From positions 6,498-70,497 of the forward strand of contig JAZQTD010000039.1 of the NCBI GenBank assembly GCA_045630455.1: a stretch of DNA of 64,000 bases, in the 5' to 3' direction. The DNA is from Candidatus Enterousia sp. (GTDB lineage Bacteria > Pseudomonadota > Alphaproteobacteria > Rs-D84). A model generated the notes under the pieces. That model was given only the letters and a program-made list of their open reading frames with translations. It was not told where the DNA came from and made no database searches. Made by a program: the position numbers and the translations under genes. Within the stretch, counting starts at the first letter, position 1. Each line of letters opens with the position of its first letter. This document shows, piece after piece, positions 11,979 to 21,420 of the stretch.

Positions 11979-12731
11979 TTATAATACAACGTATCCGCCC
12001 AAACGCGCCGTCGCAGGGATTGGACCGAACGAAGAACGTGGACTGACGTAAATATTACCAGTTACTGTAAATTCACCACAGAACTGTAACATACTTACAT
12101 CACGCAAGAACAAGTTTCCATTGATACGCACACCACATGGCAATGTGTATTTACGCATATTTTGCAGATACAAATTACCTTGGACGTTAGTATTGTGCTT
12201 GATAGTCGTAGCTGCGTTGCGACCATCAATAACAGCATCACCCATAATTTTATTTTCTTGTTCGACACGTGCAATTTGCTTAGTCAACATTGGACAAGGT
12301 TTGGCCGGCGCAACAACAATAGGCTCGTTAATAACTTCGCGTGTTTTTTCATTGCGTGCCATTGGCAATGTGTTTGTAACTGGTTTAACTGGGCGTGCAA
12401 CAACGTTACGCTTTTCTGTTGGCAACACTGGTGTCTGAACAACATCAGAGCGAACAATAACAGTCTGGTTGTTGCATTTTGTAAAGTCCAGAATCAACAT
12501 GGAAAATAAAACGATAATCGCAACCAACAATGTCAGGTTAACAATCCCAATAACGTTTATTCCGCACAGCCATTTCCAAAACCACTTTGCGCCACGTGCC
12601 AACATGCGAAATGGCCAGCAGATACAATTCCATACTTTTTTCCAAAAATTACCTTTGCGCGACTTTTTTGCGACTACCTTTTTTGTCTGCACGCGTTTAG
12701 TTGCGCGCTTAATCTGTTGTTTTTTAGACAT
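11979..12731 (-). CDS. hypothetical membrane-anchored protein
   Basis: Start set at MSKKQQIKRATKR. Basic N-terminus, one TM, and a C-terminal region of uncertain fold. No family recognised. Confidence 0.5.
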   Translation of the reverse strand: MSKKQQIKRATKRVQTKKVVAKKSRKGNFWKKVWNCICWPFRMLARGAKWFWKWLCGINVIGIVNLTLLVAIIVLFSMLILDFTKCNNQTVIVRSDVVQTPVLPTEKRNVVARPVKPVTNTLPMARNEKTREVINEPIVVAPAKPCPMLTKQIARVEQENKIMGDAVIDGRNAATTIKHNTNVQGNLYLQNMRKYTLPCGVRINGNLFLRDVSMLQFCGEFTVTGNIYVSPRSSFGPIPATARLGGYVVL

Positions 12732-12929
12732 ACTATAACCCCTTTGGTTAAAACTGTTTACTAGGATTATAGTCCAAAAACATAATTTGTCAATACGTTT
12801 TGTAAAAATTGTAAAACCAACAAACACAAGCCGCTAAACATTTATTTTTTCATACAACATCATATCTCGTGTTTCATAAACAAAAATCCCGCCGATTAGC
12901 GGGATTTTTATTAGCAATCAAACCAAAAC

Positions 12930-13202
12930 TTAGTTCAAAGCTTCTTTCAATGCTTTACCTGGTTTGAATTTAGGCTGAACAGAAGCTGGGATTTTGATAG
13001 CTGCGCCTGTCTGTGGGTTGCGGCCTGTTGTTGCTTTGCGTTTTGCAGTTGCAAATGTACCAAAACCAACCAAGCGAACTTCGCCTTTCTTTTTCAGAAC
13101 TTTTGTTACGTTGTTGATGAATGCGTCTACACAAGCAGCAGCAGCAGCTTTTGTAATATCTACATCGTTTGCGATTGCTTCAATCAATTGAGCTTTGTTC
13201 AT
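12930..13202 (-). CDS. hup: DNA-binding protein HU
   Basis: 90 aa: MNKAQLIEAIA...GFGTF...R.GRNPQTG..I.IPA...P.FKPGK.LK. Confidence 0.95.
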   Translation of the reverse strand: MNKAQLIEAIANDVDITKAAAAACVDAFINNVTKVLKKKGEVRLVGFGTFATAKRKATTGRNPQTGAAIKIPASVQPKFKPGKALKEALN

Positions 13203-13440
13203 ATGTTTCTCCTTTCATAGATTTTTATAATAAAGGTGTCCCGCAAGTTTCACCAGGCAATGCCAATATAACCAAGTGCGCGTATTTGTGGGATTTTTTA
13301 GAATCACATCACCCCAACGTCTTAGATTATATGGACATTGCCTGCCCTGCTTACTCGAATCGTAGAGAAATCCGCGCTTTAAGTCAAGCCCATAATTAAA
13401 AAATAGCGATTTTTTTGATTGTTGACAAAATAAGTGCTTT

Positions 13441-13944
13441 TTAATGCGATATAATGTCTGCGCGTACAGGGTACGCACCTTCGTCGCCAACCTCACACAA
13501 GATAAAATCTTTGCTGATTCCATTAACGTGGACAGTTCGGAAATAATTTGGTGTCATCATCAGCATAAATATAGCAACCGTCGCCCAAAACAGCATCTTG
13601 GTCAATCCCCAAGGCTGCTTGTATTTGTCGCCGTCAAATTTGTCTTTTAACAAGTTCTGATAAAAAGCCCAACCCCACGTAAACGACAGAATGATAAGGC
13701 ATGCCGCCAATAATACTTTAAAGAACTGGGAAAACTGACTAAAACCTGTGGCGACTGGATCCCATATAGAACTTTCCACTGGGCATACGTATAAAATATT
13801 TGCCGCAACTGCATCTGGAATTCGCGATGAAACATCAACTGGATCCAGCTGTAATCCAAAAGACGACACGATAATAATCGCAGTCAATAAACAAATAGCC
13901 GTCACCATTGTTGATTTCATTTCTTTCCCCTTGATGCATTTCAT
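13441..13944 (-). CDS. hypothetical integral membrane protein
   Basis: 167-aa ORF with about 4 hydrophobic segments. The true start may be the internal Met at 13920. Confidence 0.5.
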   Translation of the reverse strand: MKCIKGKEMKSTMVTAICLLTAIIIVSSFGLQLDPVDVSSRIPDAVAANILYVCPVESSIWDPVATGFSQFSQFFKVLLAACLIILSFTWGWAFYQNLLKDKFDGDKYKQPWGLTKMLFWATVAIFMLMMTPNYFRTVHVNGISKDFILCEVGDEGAYPVRADIISH

Positions 13945-14001
13945 TATATCATAAAATACTAATACATTGCAATTTTAGAAAGTTTAATTTAATATCTTCT
14001 T

Positions 14002-14778
14002 ATGGCACGTACAGAAAATAATATTGTTATAGGCTTAACAACGTTCAGCCACGAATTTTTAAATATCTCTGTGGCGGGTCTGTCGCGTTTGGGAAAGAAT
14101 ATCACTTTGGTTATATACAATGATAATCCGTGCCGAAAATTAACGCATCGTGATATTCGAAAGTTTGGGTTTCGCGGACGCACTCATATTATCAATACAG
14201 ATGAAAATATCGGGGGGTTGCGCGCACGTATTGCGATACTGGAATATGTACGTGAAAATAAAATAGCCGCATCATGGGTTATGTTTGCCAACGATGATGA
14301 TATTGTTCTAAATGCGGTCGCGCCAATCGTAGATGCAAACACGTACGCTGTTATAGGAAATGCAGTGTCTGTGGGCGGGCGATTGCTGGACGTACTGCGT
14401 GTAATGATAAATCCGAACGACTATACAGTTGATGGTTCGGACACTAAATTATTTGCACCCCATATTTCAATGGCTGGAACTTTTGTACGTATGGATGTAC
14501 TGTCAGAATTTGGTGATTTTTTATCATCTGTAATTCTGGATGTTATAGGTATCGTGTCTGATGTTCCGTATGTTGCGCCAACAGACTTAATTATGTGGCA
14601 TATGCTGACCGAGTATATGCGTGTATCGCATCCTGATATGTTACCAATCTATATGAACCAGACAAACTATTTAATGACTAAATTAAATAATACACAATAT
14701 CCAACCGCATCTCAGCGTGACAGTATCATTTCACGTGCAACTGCATTGGTGGTGGCCGCCCTGCGGGGCAATGAATAA
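14002..14778 (+). CDS. putative GT-A-type glycosyltransferase-like protein
   Basis: The N-terminal beta-strand (IVIGLTTF), LVIYNDN and an acidic DDDD stretch resemble a GT2-like fold. Weak. Confidence 0.35.
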   Translation: MARTENNIVIGLTTFSHEFLNISVAGLSRLGKNITLVIYNDNPCRKLTHRDIRKFGFRGRTHIINTDENIGGLRARIAILEYVRENKIAASWVMFANDDDIVLNAVAPIVDANTYAVIGNAVSVGGRLLDVLRVMINPNDYTVDGSDTKLFAPHISMAGTFVRMDVLSEFGDFLSSVILDVIGIVSDVPYVAPTDLIMWHMLTEYMRVSHPDMLPIYMNQTNYLMTKLNNTQYPTASQRDSIISRATALVVAALRGNE

Positions 14779-14863
14779 ATTTTTTACTTTTTTTATAAAT
14801 ATATGATTGAAACGGGCGTTTAATACTTATACAATGCCCCATGAAAATAAAAGGATAAATGAT

Positions 14864-16942
14864 ATGAAGTATAATGATATAAGAAAAGCGTTCTTAGACT
14901 ATTTTGAATCCAAGGGTCACACGATTGTTCCATCCGCATCATTGATTCCAAACGATCCAACACTGTTGTTTACTGTTGCCGGTATGGTTCCATGGAAGGG
15001 GATTTTACAAGGCACCGAACCTGCATTTGCGCCACGTGTCGCAGACGTTCAGAAATGTATCCGTGCAGGTGGTAAACATAACGACCTGGAAGACGTTGGT
15101 TTCGATGGTCGTCACCACACATTTTTTGAAATGTTGGGGAACTGGTCTTTTGGCGATTATTTCAAGGCTGGCGCAATTGAAATGTCGTGGGAATTATTGA
15201 CCAAGGTTTTTGGTCTGGACCCAGACAGAATTGTCGTCACAACACATTACAGCGATGACGAAGCGGCAAAAATATGGAAGCAGGTTGCCGGCAAAGATGC
15301 TATTTTATTAGGTGACAAAGATAACTGGTGGTCGGCGGGCGACACCGGCCCATGCGGACCATGTACAGAAATGCACTATGATATGGGTGCGCATTTGCCA
15401 GGGGGCTTGCCCGGCTCTGCGGACGAGGATGGTGGTCGCTGGGTTGAAATCTGGAATGACGTGTTTATGCAGTACGACCGCGATGCAAATGGCAACTTAA
15501 CCCCACTGCCAAAACAAAATGTTGATACGGGCGCAGGGCTGGAACGCTTTGCATCAATTTTACAGGGCAAAACAGATAACTATGACACAGATTTATTTGT
15601 GAACTTGAAACGTGCTGTATCTGACGTAACGGGTGTTGCAGAAACTGCGGATAATGTCGCCAGTTTCAAGGTTATCACAGACCACCTGCGTTCTGTTGGT
15701 TTTGCGATTGCAGACGGTGTGATTCCATCGAATACAGATAGGGGCTATGTAATCCGCCGTATTTTGCGCCGCGCAATGCGCCACGGCCAAATTCTTGGAC
15801 ACAAGGGGGCATTGCTGTCAAAACTGTATCCTGCATTGATATCAGAAATGGGTGTGGCGTATCCAGAATTGGCTGCAAACCAGTCACGCGTTGTTGAAAT
15901 TATTCAAAACGAAGAAAACGCGTTTGCAGATATGCTGCAAAACGGTATGAAGTTACTGGAAAGCGAACTGCCAAAACTGAACAACGGCATTTTGCCGGGC
16001 GATGTTGCGTTCAAGTTGTTTGACACATATGGCTTCCCATTGGATTTAACGCAAATGATTCTGCGCGATAAAAACATAGACGTTGATGTTGCAGGCTTTG
16101 AAAAATCAATGGCTGAACAAAAAGAACGTTCCCGCGCAAATACCAAGGGCACACGTATTTTCTGGGAATCCCAGACCGATTTAGTGGCTACTAACGACAC
16201 CGCAAAATATGCACCAATGGAAATGGAATCACGCGTGCTGTCTATTTTGCGCAATGGCGAATTTGTTGAATCTGCAAATGCCGGTGATGAAGTCGAAGTT
16301 GCGCTGGACAAAACAACATTCTATGGCACCCAGGGTGGTCAGGTCGGCGACAGTGGCGAATTAAAACAGGGTGCAGACACCGTTATGGCCGTAACCGAAG
16401 CGGGGCGCGTAGATAACGTTGTTATTCACAAGGGTGTATTAAAATCAGAACTAAAAGTTGGCGATATTGTTTCGCCGGTAATTAACGGCGCGGCACGTCA
16501 ACAAACCGCACGTGCACATACTGCGACACACTTGTTACAGGCGGCGTTACGTCACGTTTTGAATGAAGACGTAGAACAACGCGGGTCCAAGGTTTCACCA
16601 GACTCTGTCCGTTTTGACTTTTCATTTGGTCGTGCAATGACCGCTGAAGAAAAGACAACGGTTGAAGAACTGATTAACAAATGGATTGCATCCGATATGC
16701 CGGTCACGCACGAAGAAATGTCAATGGACGATGCGGTTAAACGTGGCGCAATGGCACTGTTTGGCGAAAAGTATGGCGAAACCGTTCGCGTAATCACTGC
16801 GGGTGATGTTTCATGTGAATTGTGCGGTGGCACACATATCCACCACACAGGCGAAATATTAAAGGCCAAGATTAACAAAGAAAAATCTATCAGCAGTGGT
16901 ATCCGCCGCATCACAATGTCGGTTGGAACACTGGCTGAATAA
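14864..16942 (+). CDS. alaS: alanyl-tRNA synthetase, lacking C-terminal C-Ala domain
   Basis: RBS AAGGA precedes the ATG at 14864. N-terminus MKYNDIRKAFLDYFESKGH, the FFEMLGNWSFGDYFK motif, and editing-site HTATHLL and CGGTHI motifs. The protein ends about 25 aa after CGGTH, giving 692 aa. Confidence 0.95.
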   Translation: MKYNDIRKAFLDYFESKGHTIVPSASLIPNDPTLLFTVAGMVPWKGILQGTEPAFAPRVADVQKCIRAGGKHNDLEDVGFDGRHHTFFEMLGNWSFGDYFKAGAIEMSWELLTKVFGLDPDRIVVTTHYSDDEAAKIWKQVAGKDAILLGDKDNWWSAGDTGPCGPCTEMHYDMGAHLPGGLPGSADEDGGRWVEIWNDVFMQYDRDANGNLTPLPKQNVDTGAGLERFASILQGKTDNYDTDLFVNLKRAVSDVTGVAETADNVASFKVITDHLRSVGFAIADGVIPSNTDRGYVIRRILRRAMRHGQILGHKGALLSKLYPALISEMGVAYPELAANQSRVVEIIQNEENAFADMLQNGMKLLESELPKLNNGILPGDVAFKLFDTYGFPLDLTQMILRDKNIDVDVAGFEKSMAEQKERSRANTKGTRIFWESQTDLVATNDTAKYAPMEMESRVLSILRNGEFVESANAGDEVEVALDKTTFYGTQGGQVGDSGELKQGADTVMAVTEAGRVDNVVIHKGVLKSELKVGDIVSPVINGAARQQTARAHTATHLLQAALRHVLNEDVEQRGSKVSPDSVRFDFSFGRAMTAEEKTTVEELINKWIASDMPVTHEEMSMDDAVKRGAMALFGEKYGETVRVITAGDVSCELCGGTHIHHTGEILKAKINKEKSISSGIRRITMSVGTLAE

Positions 16943-16963
16943 ATAAATAAATAAATAAATAAA
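16940..16963. repeat. (TAAA)6 tetranucleotide microsatellite beginning at the alaS stop codon
   Basis: Direct reading: taaataaataaataaataaataaa. Confidence 0.9.
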
Positions 16964-16988
16964 ATCCCCGCATTTGCGGGGATTTTTG
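16961..16988. terminator. bidirectional rho-independent terminator (alaS / rpsD convergent)
   Basis: aaaATCCCCGCatttGCGGGGATtttt. Confidence 0.75.
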
Positions 16989-17004
16989 CTTTTTCCTTTC
17001 TCTA

Positions 17005-17637
17005 TTAACGAGAATAGAATTCGACAACCAATTCTGGGAACATCTGAACTGGGTATGGAACATCTTCGAACGCAGGTACGCGTACGAATGTTGCTGTAAA
17101 GTTCGCGCTGTCCACAGATACATAGTCTGCAAAATTGCGTTCCGCAGATTCCAATGCCAAAACAACCAATGGCATCTGTTTTGCTTTTTCGCTGACTGTG
17201 ATGACGTCACCTGGCTTTACGCGATAGGATGCAACCTTAACGCGCTGACCATTTACATAGATGTGACCGTGGCTGATTAACTGACGTGAAGAGAATACAG
17301 TTGGTGCCAATTTTGCACGATATACAACTGCATCCAAACGACGTTCCAACAAACCAATCAAGTTTTCTGGGGTGTCGCCCTTCATATTGCTTGCTTCCAG
17401 ATAGTATGCACGGAATTTCTTTTCGCCAACGTTGCCATAGTAGCCCTTTAATGTCTGTTTTGCACGCATCTGTTTTGCGTAATCAGAAGAGTTACCACCA
17501 CGTGATGTTGGTCCATGCTGACCTGGTTTATATTTACGTTTGTTAAATGGGGATTTAGCCTGGCCCCACAGATTAACGCCCAATGAACGTCCAATCTTTA
17601 ACTTACGAGTATTGCGCTTTGCGCCTGCTCTTGCCAT
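17005..17637 (-). CDS. rpsD: 30S ribosomal protein S4
   Basis: 210 aa: MARAGAKRNTRKLKIGRSLGVNLWG..., an S4 RNA-binding domain (RLDAVVYRAKLAPT...ARQLISHGHI.VNG). Confidence 0.95.
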   Translation of the reverse strand: MARAGAKRNTRKLKIGRSLGVNLWGQAKSPFNKRKYKPGQHGPTSRGGNSSDYAKQMRAKQTLKGYYGNVGEKKFRAYYLEASNMKGDTPENLIGLLERRLDAVVYRAKLAPTVFSSRQLISHGHIYVNGQRVKVASYRVKPGDVITVSEKAKQMPLVVLALESAERNFADYVSVDSANFTATFVRVPAFEDVPYPVQMFPELVVEFYSR

Positions 17638-17755
17638 AGTTTTTTCCTTTTTTTTGGTTTTTGTTGTGCCAAATATTTTACAGAATCCTTATCACAGGTG
17701 GGACCAAAAAAATGCACCACCGTTTAATCAGTTCTGATTACCCAGCGCGCACAGT

Positions 17756-18619
17756 TTATAGTGTTTTTTTACGAAAATCAAGTATTTTCTGTGCAGTGGC
17801 AAAGTTTTTTATCCCTTTTGCGCGTGCTTGTAAATATGCCTGCCCAAAATCGCGTCCAATTCGCCCGATGTCATGCGCATCATCAGAAAACAGCACAGGA
17901 ACATTGTGTTCAGCCAGCATTTCTATAATTTTTGGGCCTGGGTATGGCTGGCCTGTGCCAATTTTATATCCGCTGGTATTAATTTCTACAGGGATTCCAG
18001 CATTTGCAATGATTCCAATTGTTTCCTTTTTTAAGTCGTCCCATTTGGCTTGCTCGCCAAGTTTCTTTTTCTTGGGCAAATCCAGGTGTGCCAGCCAGTT
18101 GAACATACCAGTCTGGGCCAAACGTTGTACATTCAGCCAATATCTTTTTAACATATCATCACGTGCTTGCGAGTCAACAACTGCTATGTCATGCACGTTG
18201 CACACAGTACCACCGTATTCAACAAAGTGTGCCGAACCTATCAGATAGTCTGGTTTTAACATCTCGCATACACGTGCAAATCCGTCACACCATTCATTTG
18301 TTGGGAAATAATCAACTTCCATCCCGCACAAAATGCGCATATCTGGATTTTCTGTCTGAAGGCGGCGCAATTCTTCATAATGTGGCAAGAATTTTGCCAG
18401 TGCTTCATCAAAACTGTTGTTATACATTGCGCTATAACCACGCGCCATCGCAGCCCCGAACATTTTAGTTCGTTTAATTTCAGGATGCACGATAAAGTGA
18501 TTTGATATCCCAATCGTCTTAAAGTCTTTGTCACGCGCCGCAGCAATCATTTCTGCGGATGTATTTTTTCCATCAAATCCAATCGTATGTGTGTGTAATG
18601 TAAAGTCTTGTATTATCAT
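17756..18619 (-). CDS. PHP-domain phosphoesterase (histidinol-phosphatase HisJ family-like)
   Basis: LHTHT...DG near the N-terminus, internal GSAH, and C-terminal SDDAHD. These are typical PHP metal-binding motifs. Confidence 0.7.
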   Translation of the reverse strand: MIIQDFTLHTHTIGFDGKNTSAEMIAAARDKDFKTIGISNHFIVHPEIKRTKMFGAAMARGYSAMYNNSFDEALAKFLPHYEELRRLQTENPDMRILCGMEVDYFPTNEWCDGFARVCEMLKPDYLIGSAHFVEYGGTVCNVHDIAVVDSQARDDMLKRYWLNVQRLAQTGMFNWLAHLDLPKKKKLGEQAKWDDLKKETIGIIANAGIPVEINTSGYKIGTGQPYPGPKIIEMLAEHNVPVLFSDDAHDIGRIGRDFGQAYLQARAKGIKNFATAQKILDFRKKTL

Positions 18620-19512
18620 TATATGATTCTTTTCTTGATTGCGCCAAATAATGCAAACCCAACAAGCAATACCATAATCGCAATGAATATGGATACCGCT
18701 ACCTTAGGATTTTCTGCGAATGGCAGATGAACATTCATTCCGTAGTATCCAACAATAACCGTTGGAATCACCAAGACAATATTCCACATAGTCAGCCAAT
18801 TAATGTTTGTATTCGAATCCATATTGATAACACTTTCGAATGTTTCCTTAATCGCTTTTAGCATTTTGCCGTATGTTGCCACGACTTCGGTTGCCTGACC
18901 TAATTCGATGCGTGCATCCTCAGCCAGTTCTTGGGCCTCGTCCGTTTTAACAAATCCACGAACTTTTTCCAGTTTGTCTAACACCGCGACATTACCCTTA
19001 ATCCCAGCCATAAACAAAGTATAACTGTTTTCAACCTCAAGCAAATCCATTAGTTCTTTTTTGCGGATGCGTTCTTGTAATACATGCTTAGATGCGACAA
19101 CACGTTTGTTTAATTCTTTTAACATGCGCAGGTACGATTCCGCAATATAGTACATAATGTTCAAGATAAATTCTTCGCGTGATGTCTTTTCAGAACGCTT
19201 GATTTTATCCAATATATCACAACGCTTGCGACAAACGGTTATAACGCGATTGGATGTGTAAATAATAGACAGCGGTTCGGTATGCCACAGTGTATCTGTT
19301 TCACGATTAATAATCGGGAAACGGACGATTATAACCTTGTAATCATCTTCGACTTCAAATCGTGGCTGTTCATCGGGGTCTAAAATGTCCGAGATAGTAT
19401 CCTCGTCAATTTTGTATTCGTTTTGCAGTTTTTCAAAATCTTTATGATCGGGGTTTCCAACATTTATCCATGAAAAAGTTTTTAATTTTTCTGTCACGAA
19501 CATTCGGTCCAC
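18619..19512 (-). CDS. corA: CorA-family magnesium/cobalt transporter
   Basis: 297 aa with a YGMNV (GMN) motif between two C-terminal TM helices. Confidence 0.8.
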   Translation of the reverse strand: MDRMFVTEKLKTFSWINVGNPDHKDFEKLQNEYKIDEDTISDILDPDEQPRFEVEDDYKVIIVRFPIINRETDTLWHTEPLSIIYTSNRVITVCRKRCDILDKIKRSEKTSREEFILNIMYYIAESYLRMLKELNKRVVASKHVLQERIRKKELMDLLEVENSYTLFMAGIKGNVAVLDKLEKVRGFVKTDEAQELAEDARIELGQATEVVATYGKMLKAIKETFESVINMDSNTNINWLTMWNIVLVIPTVIVGYYGMNVHLPFAENPKVAVSIFIAIMVLLVGFALFGAIKKRII

Positions 19513-19636
19513 CTTTGAATATGATTGACGTATTATTTTACATTGTTAATTTCAAAATGCAAGGTTTTCCCGCGGAATATAAACCCGTATATTAAAACTT
19601 TTCATCATGCTAGGATAACTGTATCGGAGACTTCAA

Positions 19637-20086
19637 ATGCCAAAACAAAAAGAATTTCAAACAAACTCTTTTACAATCGCACACTATATTTTGCTGTTTA
19701 TGGTTGTTGTCACATGCGCCAGTGTTGTGGTGTGGCTGATAATGGACCGATATAAAGCCCAGCAAGAATCCAGAACAAATATCACATATATCATAAAAAA
19801 CGACCCATGTGTTGCCCAGACCCGTGATGCAGTATCCCGTATGTGGGCATATAACCAAGAACTGATTCCCACCAGATATAAAACAATGGCAGATACATAT
19901 GCGAATAATGCTGTTATGGGGCGTATCACAGGATACTGCAACGGCATACCGTTTACGTGTCGTGCAGGACAGTTGCGCCGTACTTGTGACCCGTGTGCAA
20001 CTGAGTCTGGGCGCAACATGGCAAAGAAATACCATATTGCCGATATGGTACGCGCAAACTGTGGGTATGAATTGGATAAAAAATAA
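19637..20086 (+). CDS. hypothetical membrane-anchored Cys-containing protein
   Basis: 149-aa ORF with one TM (ILLFMVVVTCASVVVWLI). No family recognised. Confidence 0.45.
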   Translation: MPKQKEFQTNSFTIAHYILLFMVVVTCASVVVWLIMDRYKAQQESRTNITYIIKNDPCVAQTRDAVSRMWAYNQELIPTRYKTMADTYANNAVMGRITGYCNGIPFTCRAGQLRRTCDPCATESGRNMAKKYHIADMVRANCGYELDKK

Positions 20087-20128
20087 TTTGTTTTTTATTA
20101 ATATATGCTATATCATTGCGAACATTGT

Positions 20129-20205
20129 CGGGGTGTAGCTCAGCCTGGTAGAGTACTTGCATGGGGTGCAAGGGGTCGCATGTTCGAATCATGTCACCCC
20201 GACCA
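20129..20205 (+). tRNA. tRNA-Pro (anticodon GGG), CCA encoded
   Basis: CGGGGTG TA GCTC AGCCTGGTA GAGT A CTTGC ATGGGGT GCAAG GGGTC GCATG TTCGAAT CATGT CACCCCG A CCA. G37 is as expected for Pro. Confidence 0.9.
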
Positions 20206-20335
20206 TATAAATTCAAATCGGCCTGGTGCCCGTTTTTTTATTTCGGAATTCTTGCATATTGTGGGGCGGGTGGCGGTGGTGTATTATGTATTTGTCCGGA
20301 CATAAACAATAATCACAAAAGAAAAAGGATAGAAA

Positions 20336-20443
20336 ATGTCAAAAAGCGATGATAAACAATGTAAATGCAAAAACTGTCAGGGCTTAACTGTGGGCTGTGA
20401 TGGCAAGAAATCTGGGGACGAAAAAAAGAAGTGTGATAAATAG
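20336..20443 (+). CDS. small Cys/Lys-rich peptide (35 aa)
   Basis: Not in the ORF track. RBS aaaAAGGAtagaaaATG. Product MSKSDDKQCKCKNCQGLTVGCDGKKSGDEKKKCDK, followed by the hairpin CACCGGCAattttttGCCGGTAttttt. Confidence 0.35.
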   Translation: MSKSDDKQCKCKNCQGLTVGCDGKKSGDEKKKCDK

Positions 20444-20562
20444 AAAAACACCGGCAATTTTTTGCCGGTATTTTTATGTATTTTGTGCTTGCACGAATCG
20501 GATAAATATTACTAGTATGCGCATATCAGTTTTAACACAATCAACGAAGGGAGAAAACTGTT

Positions 20563-20937
20563 ATGATAGCAGGCATCGGAATTGATTTAGTCGAATGCGA
20601 CCGCTTTTTAGATTGGTCTGCATTCAAAAAACAGCGCATATTCACAAAGAAAGAATTGGAATACGCCGATAATGATAATGCAAATTCTGAAAAGCATTTG
20701 GCAAATTTCTGGGCCGCACGTGAAGCTTTCTTAAAGGCTTTGGGGACTGGTTTTGGCGAAGACATTGCGTTTTCGGATGTGTCGGTTGTGCATAATGATT
20801 TGGGCCGCCCAGAGTTATTGATTTCTGGTGGTGCAAAATCAACATTGAAGCAAATTGCAGGAACTGATGCACATATCCATCTGTCTATTACCGATCAGGG
20901 CGATTATTGTGCAGCAATGGTTGTGATTGAAAAATAA
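20563..20937 (+). CDS. acpS: holo-[acyl-carrier-protein] synthase
   Basis: 124 aa: MIAGIGIDLVE..RF, FT..E, AAREAFLKALG and the H.SI(T/S)D motif. Confidence 0.9.
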   Translation: MIAGIGIDLVECDRFLDWSAFKKQRIFTKKELEYADNDNANSEKHLANFWAAREAFLKALGTGFGEDIAFSDVSVVHNDLGRPELLISGGAKSTLKQIAGTDAHIHLSITDQGDYCAAMVVIEK

Positions 20938-20965
20938 ATCCCCCGCCAGACGGCGGGATTTTTAT
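20936..20965. terminator. bidirectional rho-independent terminator at left edge of phage-like cluster
   Basis: aaATCCCCCGCCagacGGCGGGATtttt. Confidence 0.7.
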
Positions 20966-21219
20966 TTGATAACTGCGCTTTTGATAAGGTTCAAATCTTC
21001 CTTGATATCGTCTATTTTTATTTGAATCTGCCCTATTCCTGTTTCCAGCACAGTTGTGCGATTTTCAAGTGCAGTTATACGAACGTCTGCACGTTCAATC
21101 TGTGCCAACGATGAATCTTGACGTGCAACCCAGTAAATTACGCCCGCAATAAAGGCGATTAAAAACCAGCTGTCACGCAAAAAATCCACAATTCCTGTGG
21201 CACTGGGTTGCATTGTCAT
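20962..21219 (-). CDS. phage-cluster small membrane/coiled-coil protein
   Basis: 85 aa with one TM (WFLIAFIAGVIYWV) followed by a coiled coil. Starts 2 nt after the upstream gene. Confidence 0.5.
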   Translation of the reverse strand: MTMQPSATGIVDFLRDSWFLIAFIAGVIYWVARQDSSLAQIERADVRITALENRTTVLETGIGQIQIKIDDIKEDLNLIKSAVIK

Positions 21220-21221
21220 TT

Positions 21222-21416
21222 CTATTTCCCCCGTTCTGTAAAATTTTCAATTTGATGAACTAAGGCTCGCTGGGCCTCTAGCCCACGCAGTTCTGCATCG
21301 GTCGCGTTCGCCCCCAGGACCCGTTCAATCGTTATCTTGCGCAAATGCGCCAGTACACGCACCCCAGACGGGGTGCAAAATGTACGTGCAAAATCGTGTT
21401 CTATGTTTTCAGACAT
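21222..21416 (-). CDS. small phage protein, Bbp19-like pattern
   Basis: Start set at MSENIEH. FCTPSGVRVLAHLRK...LRGLEAQRALVHQIENF resembles the small portal-adjacent phage family (F.t..G..VL..L....EG.R.lv..I). Recognised from memory only. Confidence 0.45.
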   Translation of the reverse strand: MSENIEHDFARTFCTPSGVRVLAHLRKITIERVLGANATDAELRGLEAQRALVHQIENFTERGK

Positions 21417-21420
21417 TTGA

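Noticed and set aside
15904-16914. 135-aa and 120-aa minus-strand ORFs inside alaS
   Set aside because: They lie entirely within the strongly supported alaS coding sequence on the opposite strand.
17661-18248. 195-aa plus-strand ORF. The same reasoning applies to 37425..38054, 53126..53785, 55268..55813, 56322..56795, 28659..29144, 33451..33945 and 63548..63993
   Set aside because: Each is antisense to a gene with clear family motifs (PHP, methyltransferase, holA/lptE, CaCA, META, tail tubular B, lysin, ligA). None has an RBS or a recognisable domain.
20129-20205. tRNA-Pro as the integration site (att) of the phage-like cluster
   Set aside because: A small ORF and acpS lie between the tRNA and the cluster. 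I found no copy of the tRNA-Pro 3' segment at the other end of the cluster (33.9-34.06 kb), and no integrase is present.
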